The translations under genes and the position numbers were made by a program. This document shows positions 12,347-25,700 of a stretch of 64,000 bases of DNA, piece after piece. The notes beneath the pieces were generated by a model. That model saw only the letters and a program-made list of their open reading frames with translations. It ran no database searches and was not told where the DNA came from. How positions within the stretch are numbered: the stretch's first letter is position 1; each line of letters starts with the position of its first letter. This DNA is from Phoronis australis (Eukaryota; Animalia; Phoronida), in NCBI GenBank assembly GCA_002633005.1, contig NMRA01000003.1:200129-264128 (forward strand), given 5' to 3'.

Positions 12347-13639
12347 ATCCAATGTTTTCTGAAAATGGATACAAAATAATTTTGTTTATTCATCGATGAA
12401 ATGCTTCAAATTTGATATAAAATGAAATGAAAAAGGTAGTATTGATTACTACGAAATTGCCGATAACAATGTGTTTACAACTAGAAGCATTATACAAATT
12501 TTATAAAAACTATGGACAACTATTAACAGCTACAAACATCAATGCATAGAAACAGAATTATGTACATGAGATTTAAAAGCCAGCTGTAGTTAATGACCAT
12601 AGCTAGCCCCAGACTCCATGGTAACTCTGTAAATGACAAATAACTAGAAGGAAAATAGTTTATGCAAGATGCACCCCAGAGTACTATTAGAAAATTTCAA
12701 TCTGGTAATAGAGGAATGAGACATCTGGTTCTGTACCTGATTTGAGAACCAATTACGTCCACGAGCACTGATAACAAGTTTTATATTAACTCTGGATAAC
12801 GTAGGAGCAAAGTTGTAGTCAGTGTTAGCCTATGTTTGTGTTGCCTCCTCTTGGTGTGCCAGGCAGATGGGCGACTTCCCCGTAACCCTCTGTACGTAAG
12901 TTTCGTTTGACCTTGAGCACATTAACTGTAACGGAAATCAATCTTCAATTTTATTTGGTCTGCTGTATGTGAACTAGCAATCTTTCTTAATCTCAAGATC
13001 ACATATGTAATACACCATGGAACTTGGAAAGTTCACTCAAAGAATCACGTTCACATTGATAAGAATTTGCACAGCACTAAAACAAATTACATGTTCATAA
13101 AACAACCTAAATTTTAACCAACCTCTTCCAACTATTGGCGATTATATTCACCAAGCAAAAAATGACAAACATGACAAACATGACGAACCAGTTACACACG
13201 ATTATGTGACACAAGTTCCAACTAATACGAGAAAGTGGGTGATCGGAAAGCAAATAACTCTGAATAACTGCAAAAAATCTTTAAAATGAACAAAACATTT
13301 CACTTTATTGATAAACATTCAATTCATGCATACACTATCTTGAGATTATGCAGGATTTCAAGGTCACACACACCAGGTCGACTGGTAAGGATGCCTGGCA
13401 TTGAAGCATGAGCCGTGTACCGTAGGCTACTAACACTAAGTTTACCGTCTACTACTAGAATGGCTGACCCGTTTGACTGAAATTTGGACTAGGTGATTTT
13501 TCACTACACAAATGCTTGAGGTTTTGCGGTTACATTTGGCAGAGACAAGTATCAACTGGAGTCATACACAAACTTTAGAAGTAGTAAATTATACAGGCAA
13601 ATCGTGTGTCGAAAAACAAGAGACATGTCTTGTGTGTAC

Positions 13640-13763
13640 CTGGCAATTCTCTACAGACAGTGTAGGTTAACTTGGCAATGCACTTCCATTTTGTCGTTCT
13701 CCTCGTTAGGAGTTAGGAAATAGGTGGTCTCCGAAAGAGGGCGAAATACATAACAAGGACAAG
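13640..13763. promoter_or_regulatory. Putative bidirectional promoter and ECSIT non-coding first exon (donor CAG|gtacac at 13640 on -), adjacent to the HAP40 ATG
   Basis: The ECSIT coding exon has an acceptor (ttttcag at 12359-12365), so an upstream exon is needed; a plausible donor lies at 13639. The HAP40 ATG is at 13764. Confidence 0.55.
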
Positions 13764-16700
13764 ATGGAAAGAAATGCAGATTTCTTGGGAAGATATCGTC
13801 AAATTTCTAACAAACTGAAAAAGTGAGGATTTGTCCTTGTGCATAAGCGTGGTCAAAATAATAACATTTGGTTGTTAAAAACCTAGTATTGCATGAATTC
13901 AACGGTTTAAGCATGCTAAGCCTTCATTAGAGACAGGATAATCCTAAAGAAATCCGTCCGTACGCAGAAAATAAACACATGATCTGGAGTAGCCTTGGTA
14001 CCAAAGCTGTAAACTAAATATACAGCTTTGTACCAATCGGGTAAAAAAATGGTATGATAAAAGCTGACACAAAATTAGTGTCGCTAAAAACTACGGTCTT
14101 CCTTGAGTAAACCAAATCATTTAATGGCGTTCTACCGTTATTCTGCTGCTAAGTTGGGGAGCGATCTTTAGCGACGGCAGGGCTCGACATAACGAGCTGC
14201 AGGTCGCATTTGCGACCTGAAATTTGGAAATGCGAGCTGAGATTTTTGTCAGCTCGTATAAAGTCGCAAAATGCGACCTGGAATTTCCAACGAATGCGAG
14301 CTGAGTTTTTACACTTCTCAACAGATACCTGGCAAATACAAAGCAGCTCTTGTTAATCCGACCGTTATTTGGTTGTTGCCAAATACAAGTTCAAAAGAAC
14401 ACTAACCGAGAACAGGCCTCCCGATGACTTGTAAGCAAGTCGCGTGAACATGGGATATGAAGAATCGATCTTTGACGCGTTTCATTGGCTAACACTTTCG
14501 GCCACTTTTGTAAATTCCCGGATTCGCCGAAGAAAGTTTCGGGCCACTGCTTACACGTGATAACACTTCACAAAACAACGGTGTTTCTATTAATTCTTAA
14601 GCGATCAACTTACCAAACTTTGTGGTGGACAAAAATGCTTATTTTTCACATAAGATGTCCTTATTACATGTACCAAACATCCACGACAATATCCCTGATA
14701 TCGCACTGCGGCACCGTTAGCGCGCAAGCGGTCCCGGCAGACAATCGTGACTTAGACTGAGATGTGCTTCTCCTTTTATCGTATTAAGACAGCCAAAGTG
14801 AAAATGACAACCTTATTAATCGCCAAACGACGGTCACGTCTTTACTTTCAGTTGCCAAGAAATTCTCAAACCCTTTACTTGTTTCTGGGGCTACGTGCGC
14901 GAAATATGATTGTCTTTCACACGTTGTTGCCAACGTAAAGTGTAGGCCTACTCCAACGATTCAAGTGCGTGAACTCACGCGTGCGCACCACTTCAAAGAA
15001 CAGCGACAGTCCTAAATGAAAGAGTATACCGGCTTGGCTCTGGTTTATTTGAAAATGAACTCAGTTTCCCAGCGGTTATAAAATACCCGATGTCCCGGGA
15101 CCGATATAACCCAGAACTAACGTTATCCTGTTCCGATGTTTCCCGAGGTCGATGTTCTGTAAACCCTGTATTCTATGCCCGTAGCCAGCTATTGCAACTA
15201 AACTGGCACTAGATGCGAAATTGTGGTTCAAGTTAGCGAACTTTTCATTCTTCTCTTTATACACCCCCCGGCAACTTTTTGCTCCCCGAACCACCTTCGC
15301 CGTAAAATGTTCAGACTCCTATAGAAACAACCTTGTTCCGGCTGAAGCGGGCAGTTAAAAAAATCATTCCGGGTGGCTAAAAAGGGTACAATGTAGTTGG
15401 TAACGATATCCAGAAAGTCACCCCTACCAGATGGAGTTTGCCTCGCAAAATCGTATTATTATAACGTTTTTTACCATTGCAGCGTTTTAATATCTTATTA
15501 CCGCAAACACTTAGGTTAACGACTATGCTCACGCACAAGCCTACTCCCTACCTTTAAAGTGTTTCATAATAAGCGCTCACTGATCTATTAAAAGTCCCCC
15601 CTTAAATTTTGAGAATTTCCAATTAAGCGCCCACAGTTCAAGCTAGCGCCCATCATTGCGCACTACAAACGACCGCGTGTGGTTTAAAATTGACACGCAG
15701 ATTATATGGTGTGGGTCAGTTTCATTTTACACAACTTCAGTTTTCAAAAACGTCTTTTCACAATAAGTAAAAACCAAATCCCAGCTTTGTTTTATACCTC
15801 GGAAAGAAAGTTAACACTAGTGACGTGCGTGTCGTTTTGCGACTGACCTATTTTTCCCGTACTTGGAAGGTATTGAAGAGCAAACTCGCGATTACCCGAG
15901 TTAGTTTGAATCGTTAACGACTTTGATGACGGCCAGTAGCAGACTAGATCTAACAAAATCCCGGATACTTTTTCACCGTGCATTTTCTCCCTTTTCACAT
16001 TGCAAATTTAGCTACTCGAATGCACAAGTCAGTTAGAGAGCACTGATTCAACTTTCACGCCGGCAACTTGCCTTGCGCTCTAGAGACTTTCAATGGCGGT
16101 CGTGAAGAACAGTAAGGCCGTACCTGCATGAATGAAGTCAATTTTGAGATCCGAAATTTGTGAGTATTTAACGCTGCAGGTAAGAGCATAATCTAAACAT
16201 TTTCTCGATGATCTAAACAATCTATTATGGCGCGTAAAATGGCGGGAAAATTTTGCGACCTGGCATTTACGAATGCGAGCTGGATTTTGAAAATGCGACC
16301 TGGGATTTTGGCTAGGTCGCAAAATGCGACCTGGCGATTTTATTAGCGTCGAGCCCTGGACGGTTTTCGGCGCCATGAAATATTGCGTCAGCTATTGGCC
16401 AGTTTCTTTTTTCACCGATTCTTCAATCAACTGTTCTTCTATCACGAGGTTGCGTACACGTCGCAACAAATTATTGGAACTGGTTTCACTTCATGGGGGA
16501 TAAATTTTTAGAATTTTGATACCGAAAAAACGAGTTTCGGAAGAATTTTTGCTGCTGCCAAGCTATCATCATCTCCCGAGAGATGTCGCAAAAAATTAGA
16601 AAATGGCGTGTGCGCATGTCATGAGCGTGCTGTAACTTGTCTTTGTTAGAAAAGGCGTAGGATTACACAAGAAAATGACGTTTAGTAGATTGTTTTCCAC

Positions 16701-19700
16701 TTAAACGGCTAGAACTGGGAAGGTTAGTGTCGTTTGATTCCCAGATTGTGCATGTACCCATCCGGTCTTTAGCTCTACATGTTGATACAGGTTTCACGGC
16801 CAGTTGACGAGCAGAACTTCCCTGGCAGTGTGCAGTTTCAGGGTCTGCGGAAGAAATACACACAGTGGTACCTAGCTGTATTTTGACGATAGTCTTCATA
16901 CAGCTAGCTGGCTGGCTAGATCTGGAGCCGAGTTGCTGTGCGTGAACTTGGAATTGAATATTCATTTGGGCAATCTGGTGAATTTTTTGTTCAGTGTAAA
17001 GAATTTTTATAATAATGTTGTAGATGTGCTTCCAGTGAATCATATGAGCCTGTGTTAGCTACTTTCTAACGGACAATTGCCTATTAGCCGAATGGTTAGC
17101 ACGCTCGCTGGTTTTATGGGGGTCGCTAGTTCGATTCCCAGTCAGGTAATCTCGGCTATTACTACAATTATTGGCCTTATGCTCACACATTTTCTTCTTA
17201 AAGCCTAACTCGTGTCAGAATCAGAGGAATATGGGAATGGTTAAATCAATTATTGCTTGGTGAAAAATATTGCCAATAGTTGGAAAAATATTGGTTAAAA
17301 TTTGCGTTATTTTATCAGCATGTAATTTTATTTAGTGCTGTGCAAATTTTTATCAACATGAGCGTGGTTATTTGAGTGAACTTGTCAAGTTTCCTTACGC
17401 GATTTTGAGAGTAAGTAAGATTCCAAGTTCACAACATAGTGATTCCTGGCTGTCCTAGTGCCATCAAAAATTACCCATGTACACAAGAAAGTAAGGGAAG
17501 AAAGTTGCCTGGAAATGAGACTCTTATAGAACTAGAAGTATAAAAACTCTTTTCCTAAAATAAAACCATGGATCATAATAATGTTCTTTATATAGTATAA
17601 AATGTATATATATATGATGAATGTCCTTAGTCATAGTTGACTTGATTACTTTGAAGCAAAGTATGAAAATAGTGACTGTGAGGGAGACAGCAGCTTGAGG
17701 ACATGTCAGATTTACACCTTTCACTAATGGTTGACCTAAATATGATTGGCAAAGCTATGTTACCAAAATTTGCAACTTGCACCAGCAGTTTGCCTAGTTA
17801 TGACTGGTAAGATTGCAAAATATTTCACCAAGATTTACAAGTTACAGCAGCGGTTGGCCTTAATATAACTATCAGCCTAAAAAACAGGCTTGCTAAGCAT
17901 GTTTACCAAGACATTCACGTAACAACAGCGCTTGGTCTAAACATAACTATCAGGCCTGCATGGCATTTTACCAAGATTTACAAGTTACAGCAGCAACCAT
18001 TGACCTATTAAACAACTATCAGACTTGCAAAGCATTTTTACCAAGGTACTTTGGGAAACTTGGTCCTGTCTTTTTATTGTGTTTGGCTACTTCTTTTACT
18101 TGATAAGTAGTAGATTATGTGATTTTGTGTACCTAATTTGGTTGTAGGCGGTTCCTTAAGAAGCCCAATGTAGCGGAAGGAAGTGAACAATTTGGATCGT
18201 TGGCAAAATCCTTGAGTCAACAAGAAAGTCCCCAGTATGCTGCATTTTGTCATTTAGCACAAGCCAGGTAAATATGTGTGAAAGTCACTTTAGCACTTGA
18301 GTTCTTAAAAAGACCCTATGCCAATTAGTATTATTGCTTGTGATTATTGGCCAACTTCTGATGATGTCATCGTGTGACACTCCTGGAAACTTTAATGAAG
18401 ATTCATAATCTTGATCTTGTATACGTTTTCTGTTAGGTGCTGGTGAATTTTTCAGAGATTTTGCAGGTTAGGTGGAAACGGCAAAAAATTTACCGCTGTA
18501 TATACTAACTTGCATAATGTCTGGTTGTAAGACATATTTTTTTGATTTTGAGAAGATTCTGAGTTGCTTTATTTACAGTGCAGCAACCTCAGATAGTATT
18601 TGGTTGGCCCGGGAAAAATTACAAGTCGCCACTTCGAGTATCAAATTCGGATAATAATTCCTTCTAAATTCGTTTCAAGGTTTGTGTTGACTTCCAACCT
18701 TTAAATTACCAACAGTTTTCATAGATTTATTACCTTTGATTCACAATTGTTCCATTTATTTCATAAATTCATTTCATTTGACACTACATTTAAATAACAA
18801 CAGGGAGTAAGCAGACATGTGGGTGTCTGCGTTGCACACTCATCTGACGTTCGTGGGCCAGAGGAATAAATGAGTTAGGAATGAACGAATGTAGATGTAT
18901 GGGGAAGCTAAAGAAGCACAAGAGAATGTGCCGTTAGAGCCATACTCATATTTTATTGGTGGACAAATGTTCACACCAAATAGGGAACCTCAGAATTTCT
19001 CAGTGCCGAAGATTTTCAGTTTCTGGCAATCTCAACAGATTTCATTTGCCGACCTTGGGATTTTTGCCGGGTCGCAAAATACGACTTGATGTCTGTTTAG
19101 CTAAGTGTCGTGTGCTGCAGTATTATGCTGCACTAATTATGTCGCACAAAAATCACAGACATCATATTAGTTTAATTCAACTTGGTGGTGGTGAAACTAC
19201 CCAGTAAAAGCAACAATGCGTAATGTTCCCCCTGATTTTTTTGTTTCCCAATTTTAAGTGCTCTGGACGGTTACCCGTAGTAGATCTTGTCTGAACTTGA
19301 CTCTTTTGTTCACATCTAAAACTATTATAATCATTGTTGTTTCTAAATGACTGAAACATAATATAGAGACATTGGTTTTATCCAAGATGTTCAAAAAAAT
19401 TACCATGTGTTCTATTGTGTGAATGATGCTGTTGCTTTTATTCAGGTGTGAGCACACTTTAGCCAATGTACCTGGTGAAGCAAATGCATTGACAGAGGCA
19501 GCTCGAGCATTTCTTGAGGCTGAAGAAACCAACAGAGATCTCAAGTGTCTATGTTTTGAAGAACACCTCAGTGCAGCCCTCAACTGTTATGGACATGCTA
19601 TCAGAGTAATTAAGTTACATAATGTTGTGATTTTTAGCTAAGCACGACTGTGTTAAGTCATGCGTGTGTGATGTAGTGACTACAGTAAGATTTGAATTTC

Positions 19701-22700
19701 TTTTGTTGAGATTGCAGGATGGAAGACAAGCGGAATTTTATATTCCAGTGTTTTTTTTACATAGCTTTGGCCCAGTTGAAGAATTTACATACTTTTATGA
19801 TAAACGGGAGATTTTGACTTGAATAGTTAGGTTGATGAGCTGTAACCAAGATTTGTAGAACTTGTGATGTAAGAAATACAGCAGGACAGGGGACTACTGG
19901 TATTAGTGTTATTTCTGTGGCCTATTATTACTTGTAACTCAAGCTCAAGTAGTATAAAACTACCTGTTTGGAAGCAGGTTGCAGAAATTTGAACTTATGT
20001 GTCTCCCAAAGGAGCACTGTGCAACTCAAAGCTATTACATAAAAGCACCCATGCGTGATTTGTCAGAAAACTTTCAGCAGTTGCTTATTAACCTCGTAAT
20101 ATGGACATGAGTTGCGTGCTTTCAGTTATAATTGCTGGATGAAATGTCCTGGATATTTTATTTACAGGAGAGAATGTGACTGTGAGTCTATTTTGCAGGT
20201 TCATGTCATTGGAAAGCAGCCGGCATTGGCAGCAGCTCTGAGCTTGGAAGTGGGAGATGCCCTCAGAGTACGTAAGAAGTGTTTTAATAATGCTGCTGGT
20301 CTGCCATGGTGTGGACACCATACAGGCATGCAAATTCCTCATGAGAAATAACGATTTGGTGTCAGAGAAGTGGTTGAAAGGCTTGTTACAAAAGTGGTTT
20401 ATTGGTCTCTGTATATGAATTTTTGCTATGACAATGTTGCAATAACATCTGTTAAAACATTCTGTTCATTGAAAGAGCAGTCTTTTTTTACGGTTTAAAA
20501 AGAAATGTTTACTTCCCAAAAACAAGTTAATGACCAAAGTCGTGTATGTTTTGTCTAGTTTGAATTGTGAAAATTTTTGCAAGATTGTGAAAAGTCATTG
20601 GAGATAAAGACAAGTTATCCAGTTGGCTGTCGAACTAAAAGTGTTTGAATATCAACAAATAATAGAATATATACAGAAATGTACAGGAAGTCAATAGGTT
20701 CTAGGAATATAATTATGACTTATTCAGTACTGACTAAAAAACAGGAACCAGTAAACCACAAACAACAACAGGATATAATATTATGTAACTACAGGATATA
20801 AACACATTCCAATATAGTTATCAGATTGAAACCAGTCATTTTTCCTATGTGAAACCTAGTATGTTTTTGATTTTCAGAGGTTGGGTAAGCCAGGGGAGGC
20901 TATTTTACACTATCAGCGGGCTGCAGAACTGCAGTTTCAGAATCCACTGGACTGTTTGACTTCAATGGGCCATGTTGCGTCATGCAAGATAGACACACGT
21001 GAGTGGCACTGGTTGTTCTATTTTCAAATTTATTGAGCATTACACTTATGGAACAAGGTATTTATGGTAACTTATGGGAGGGTCAGTCTTGGTTCATTCT
21101 AAGGAGAGCCCTGAGGCAGAGGTGAATAGAGTTTGTGGAACTAGTTATCAACCAACTGTGTTACACAGTGGATAAGTATACGCTTCCTTTACTCAAGGTT
21201 GTGAGTTCGAGTCTGATTGGGGTACACTGCTGTACCCTTGAGTTAGGTCTCTAGTTCCTCAGCTCTGTTTTTGCTATATATTAATAAAGCGTAAGAATGG
21301 TTCCAGGTGATCAGTGCAATGGACGTCCATTGGCCTGCGCCTGCTAGTATGACATGTTCCAGCCAACTGTAAATTATGCATGTTTTTATTCTTTTGGGTG
21401 TTAATTTGGCTGTTCAGTTTTAACACTTATAATTGAAAAGTGCCTAGATACACAAGCGATGTATGAATACTAACAACAGTCTCTGGTTAATATCAATTGC
21501 GTAACAAACAGTGCACTCCAAAAATAATCCAACAAAATGACCCAGAATTCTCTGTCATGACAGCCGAGTGCGAGCAGAATTCACCATAAGAGTAGCTAGA
21601 TGTGTGTGTCAGGAAGGTTCATTATGTATAATTATCCATAATGACGGAGAAACTGAATTGTGTCTAGTAATTACTTTTGGCCTCTACTGTAAGTTATAGC
21701 ACAATATATATTACATAATCTTGTCCCTTTACTGGTGGGTGTACTGGTTTCTCTTATCTATAGTTTTCTCACTGTGATCAATTGTTTGATAGTCGTACCA
21801 TTCAAACCTTTCCTTATTTCAGATGACTATGATGGTGCATTAACTGTGTTGACAGAGATGGCATATCTTGCTCAGGAGCGGGGAGGCATGGCTAGCACTG
21901 GCAAACCTTTAGGAGCATTCAGTGATATTCTCGCTCGCTGTGAGATAACAAGGGTCCTACTCCTCATGTTGCTACAGGTTCGAACTAATAAATTGCTCAC
22001 CTTTTTTTTCAAAATGTTACCTTGGCTATTAAAATTCATGAGTTTCGTTTGATCTTATGGGACAAAAGTGAGACCAGCTTTAATTTCGAATACCCTGTAT
22101 ACCAAGTATAATTATCCCAACTATATACTGACTCTAGTGTGGCTTGTATATTTCTGTATTGTTGTTTTTATTCAATCAGTTTAATGGTGGTTTATTCAAA
22201 TTGTAGCCCACACCTCAAAGAATACGACCAGAACATGCCATAACATTAGAAAAATACGCCTGGGAGTCAAAGGACGATAACAGTTCAGGTACATTTTTTT
22301 TCAATCCACAATTTACCTCATATTACATCGTCTGAAATTTGACACTTTACCCCTCCCCTTGTGTCATCACCGGACAGCTTAATTTCAACCACCTGCTGTC
22401 CAGCTGAAGAATGTCAATTCTACAGACATCACGGTGGATTAACACTGTAACATATTTAGTGTACTAGTTAAATTGTCAATGCAATTAAACATGTCATGCT
22501 CAATGGATGTCTGTCCAATAAAAAGGAACTGATTGAATATTTTTGTATATTCCTACTGTAAGTTTAGTTCAAATTTTGTTCACATTTTGTACCAAGGTGT
22601 TGGTGGGACATCTCCAGGCACCAATCGATTTGGGTGACATTGACATCACCATGAGAAAATCAAATTCATACTTAGAAAATTTTGGTGTCATATCTCTAGA

Positions 22701-25700
22701 AAGAAGCTGTGAACTTTATTCATATTTTGTACCAAGACGCAGGTGATGCATCTGCAGGCACCAGTCTATTTTGATGACCTTAACTTAATTTTCAAGGTCA
22801 CAGCAAGAAAGTCAACTTTTCAAGTACATGAAAAATGTTGGTGTGATATCTCGAGGGAAGTTATGGACTTTCTTCATATTTTGTACTGAGGTCTAGGTTG
22901 GGCATCTGGAGGTGCCAGTCAATTTTGGTGACCTTGACACGATTTTCAAGGTTACAATGATAAAATCGACTTTTATGTGGAAAATGGCAATATCTTAAGA
23001 AGGAAGCTGTGCAGTTTCTTCATATTATGTACTGAGGTGTAGGCTCGGCACCTGTGGTGGCGGGGGACAATTGAGTCATTATGTGACAAATGCTTGTTGA
23101 AAGTTGCAAGCCAGTGGGTGCTATGTCAACATGTTATCAGTGATAAATTGAGCAGTGACGTGATGCAGCTGTCGTCTGTCTGTTTCTAGTGCTGCTTGAA
23201 TCACATTTTGCATACATGTGAATGTGGTGAACTGTGGCAAGTTTGATATGACATACCCTGGTTTCAGAAGTTAACTCTGTTAAAAAGGCAAAACACGTTC
23301 CTAACATTGCGCGATGTCACCAGAAATCGACCTCCTTTCCCTGTCATCAACCATCATCTTTCCTAACCCTTCCTTCATCAATGACACTATATGAGAATGT
23401 TCCTTTGAACAGCTTGACTGTTCTTTAATTTTATTTTATCAGCTTCTTAGGTATGAAAACAGTTTGATATAATGTTTCCGTAGGTATAACAAGATGTTTA
23501 ATTATAACCAACTTCTTTCAGTGTCCTTTATGACAGAAGATTTGTTTTTGCTGCTTCAATCATTTGTGGTGAGTATGCCGTGTCATATTGGTTAATATCA
23601 GCATGTACGATTGTAACAGCCACATCCTAAAGGACAGTTTTCTAGAAAAGCGACACCAGCAAAAGAATGCACTTAACAGCATGCCTATTTGTAGAGATTA
23701 GCTTGTGAAGAACGACACAATCTACAAAGCTGCAGTGCTAGCAAATCTGAACACAGAACCATTCTGCGTGAACATCTTCTTAAGTCTGTGGCGACCTATT
23801 TAAAGTGCCTATAAACTCACGTTACGTCATGCAAATTACACTATGATTTAGACAACTTACAAATATGTGACATGTCTCTATATTTTTCTTAACTCAGATG
23901 AGAAGTGGTTTCCGGAATTTGAAAAAAATTCAGTTTGTTATCAGTCTAGGTGCATAAAATGACCCACTGTGATGAGCACACTTGTATCAGCCTGGTCTCA
24001 AACATTGACAAACTGCCAGAGTTCTGTCCAAGTCAAGAAATCATCTCTAACAAGACTAGGAAAAATTTGAGATCGATTTCGTTAACATTAGGTGGTCTAG
24101 ATCAAAGTTAGTTTGTGACAGAAGAAGGTTTATTTTCTCCTTAAATAAAGTTTTAAATTAACTTTAAAAAGAAAAAGCTTCTAAGTGTGAGAAGGAAGTG
24201 TGTTAAAACTCACACATTTTAAATTTTAGTGAAACTATAAATCCAATGTACAAGCTAACTGAAAAACAGAAGATGCTATCTGTGAAAAATATTGTAACAA
24301 ATTTTCACCTCTGCATGTTCACAAAACGAGAAAATGAACCCACAACGCAGTTTTGTCATGATTGACTGTTCCGAGTAGCCAGCACACCTACACGGACAAA
24401 CTACAAGTCTTTGTTCGACAGATGACCTCCAGTTTCATTCCCATTCACTTTAAACTGATGACGTTAAGATATTAGTTGGTTAAGGAATAAAGAGGTTTGT
24501 TTTCATTTCTTTCGCTCTTTTAGTGGACTCGCGTTTTCAGATATGCAAATCTAGTTTACAGTTTTTGAAGTCTTTTAGATTGCTTTCCAGCCATTTTGCA
24601 TTATGCTGTCACTGGCAATTACCCTAGCTGGTTTGTCTGTTCTACTCAATTGAACTCTGTTGTCAAATCAATTGAGTTATTTATTTAAATAGTAAAACAG
24701 GCTAGCAGTGCACCTATGTATGAACCTAAATGGCTCCAAAAAGAGACTGTAAAAGTGCCAGCCAAATGTCGATTACTTTGGGAAAATGCCTCGTTTTTTC
24801 AACTATGCAAATGGATTTTTGGGAGTGGCTATTATTTGGTGTTCAACATGAAGTTAATTGCAATTTTCTTTGGACAATTGGTAATTGCCTTACTTTGTGT
24901 ATACAAACGAAGTTCATGGGGTACTGTTATTTGAAAAACTTCTTGTTTCTTGTCCTTATTTAGAAATTGTCTTTGGTTAAACTCATTCTCATGTACCAGT
25001 ATTGTGTTAGTCCATGGGAAAGACCTTAAAGTATTTAAAATCACCAATTTTATATCAATAACCCCACCAGTCGATCACAGCTGTCAAATTAGAACATCCG
25101 CAAACACTGCTTGGCGATGTTAATTAGCTGATCTCGAGTTACAACAATTTATTGGTCGATATATACTATGTAGAATCGGGACAACCAATCGCTGCATTAC
25201 CCATCCTTCATAATTGTGTTTTGTGTGAAAAGTAATCAGGTATTGCTGGTCGTTTTACCCATAAAATAAAAAATAATAATTGCAGGCGGTCTGGTACACG
25301 TTGTACCAGACGTGCGCAGGCCTCGCATGTGGTTCCACTGCACTGATCACCTGAAAATATTTTTGTGCTTTAGTTAAAACCGATGCGAGGAGCTAGAAAC
25401 CTGACTCAAGGGTCTAGCAAATTGGCCCTGTGGGACTCGAACCCACGACCTCGAGTAAAGAAGGTGGCACCATCACACTAGGCCACACTGCCTCTTCGTT
25501 TTACCCATGGTTTATGGTATAATGATGAATGTGGAGGTTCGTTAGTGGCTGTTGTGACAACTCAGTATTTGAGGACGTGGTTTCAGATCATGAAAAAACA
25601 ATTATCCTTGGAATGGTGTATCAAATCATTTTGACTACTATACCAAGTTCAAAAACCAGGGAAAATCTCAATTATGTATGAAAATAATTGCCACTATTGA

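Noticed and set aside
17085-17146. Possible tRNA gene
   Set aside because: Only the A and B boxes are recognisable; acceptor and anticodon stems do not pair, so it is treated as SINE-derived.
18358-18392. CTGATGA-TGTCA..TGACA..GAAAC hammerhead-like motif
   Set aside because: Six extra nucleotides separate stem II from GAAA, and stems I and III are absent.
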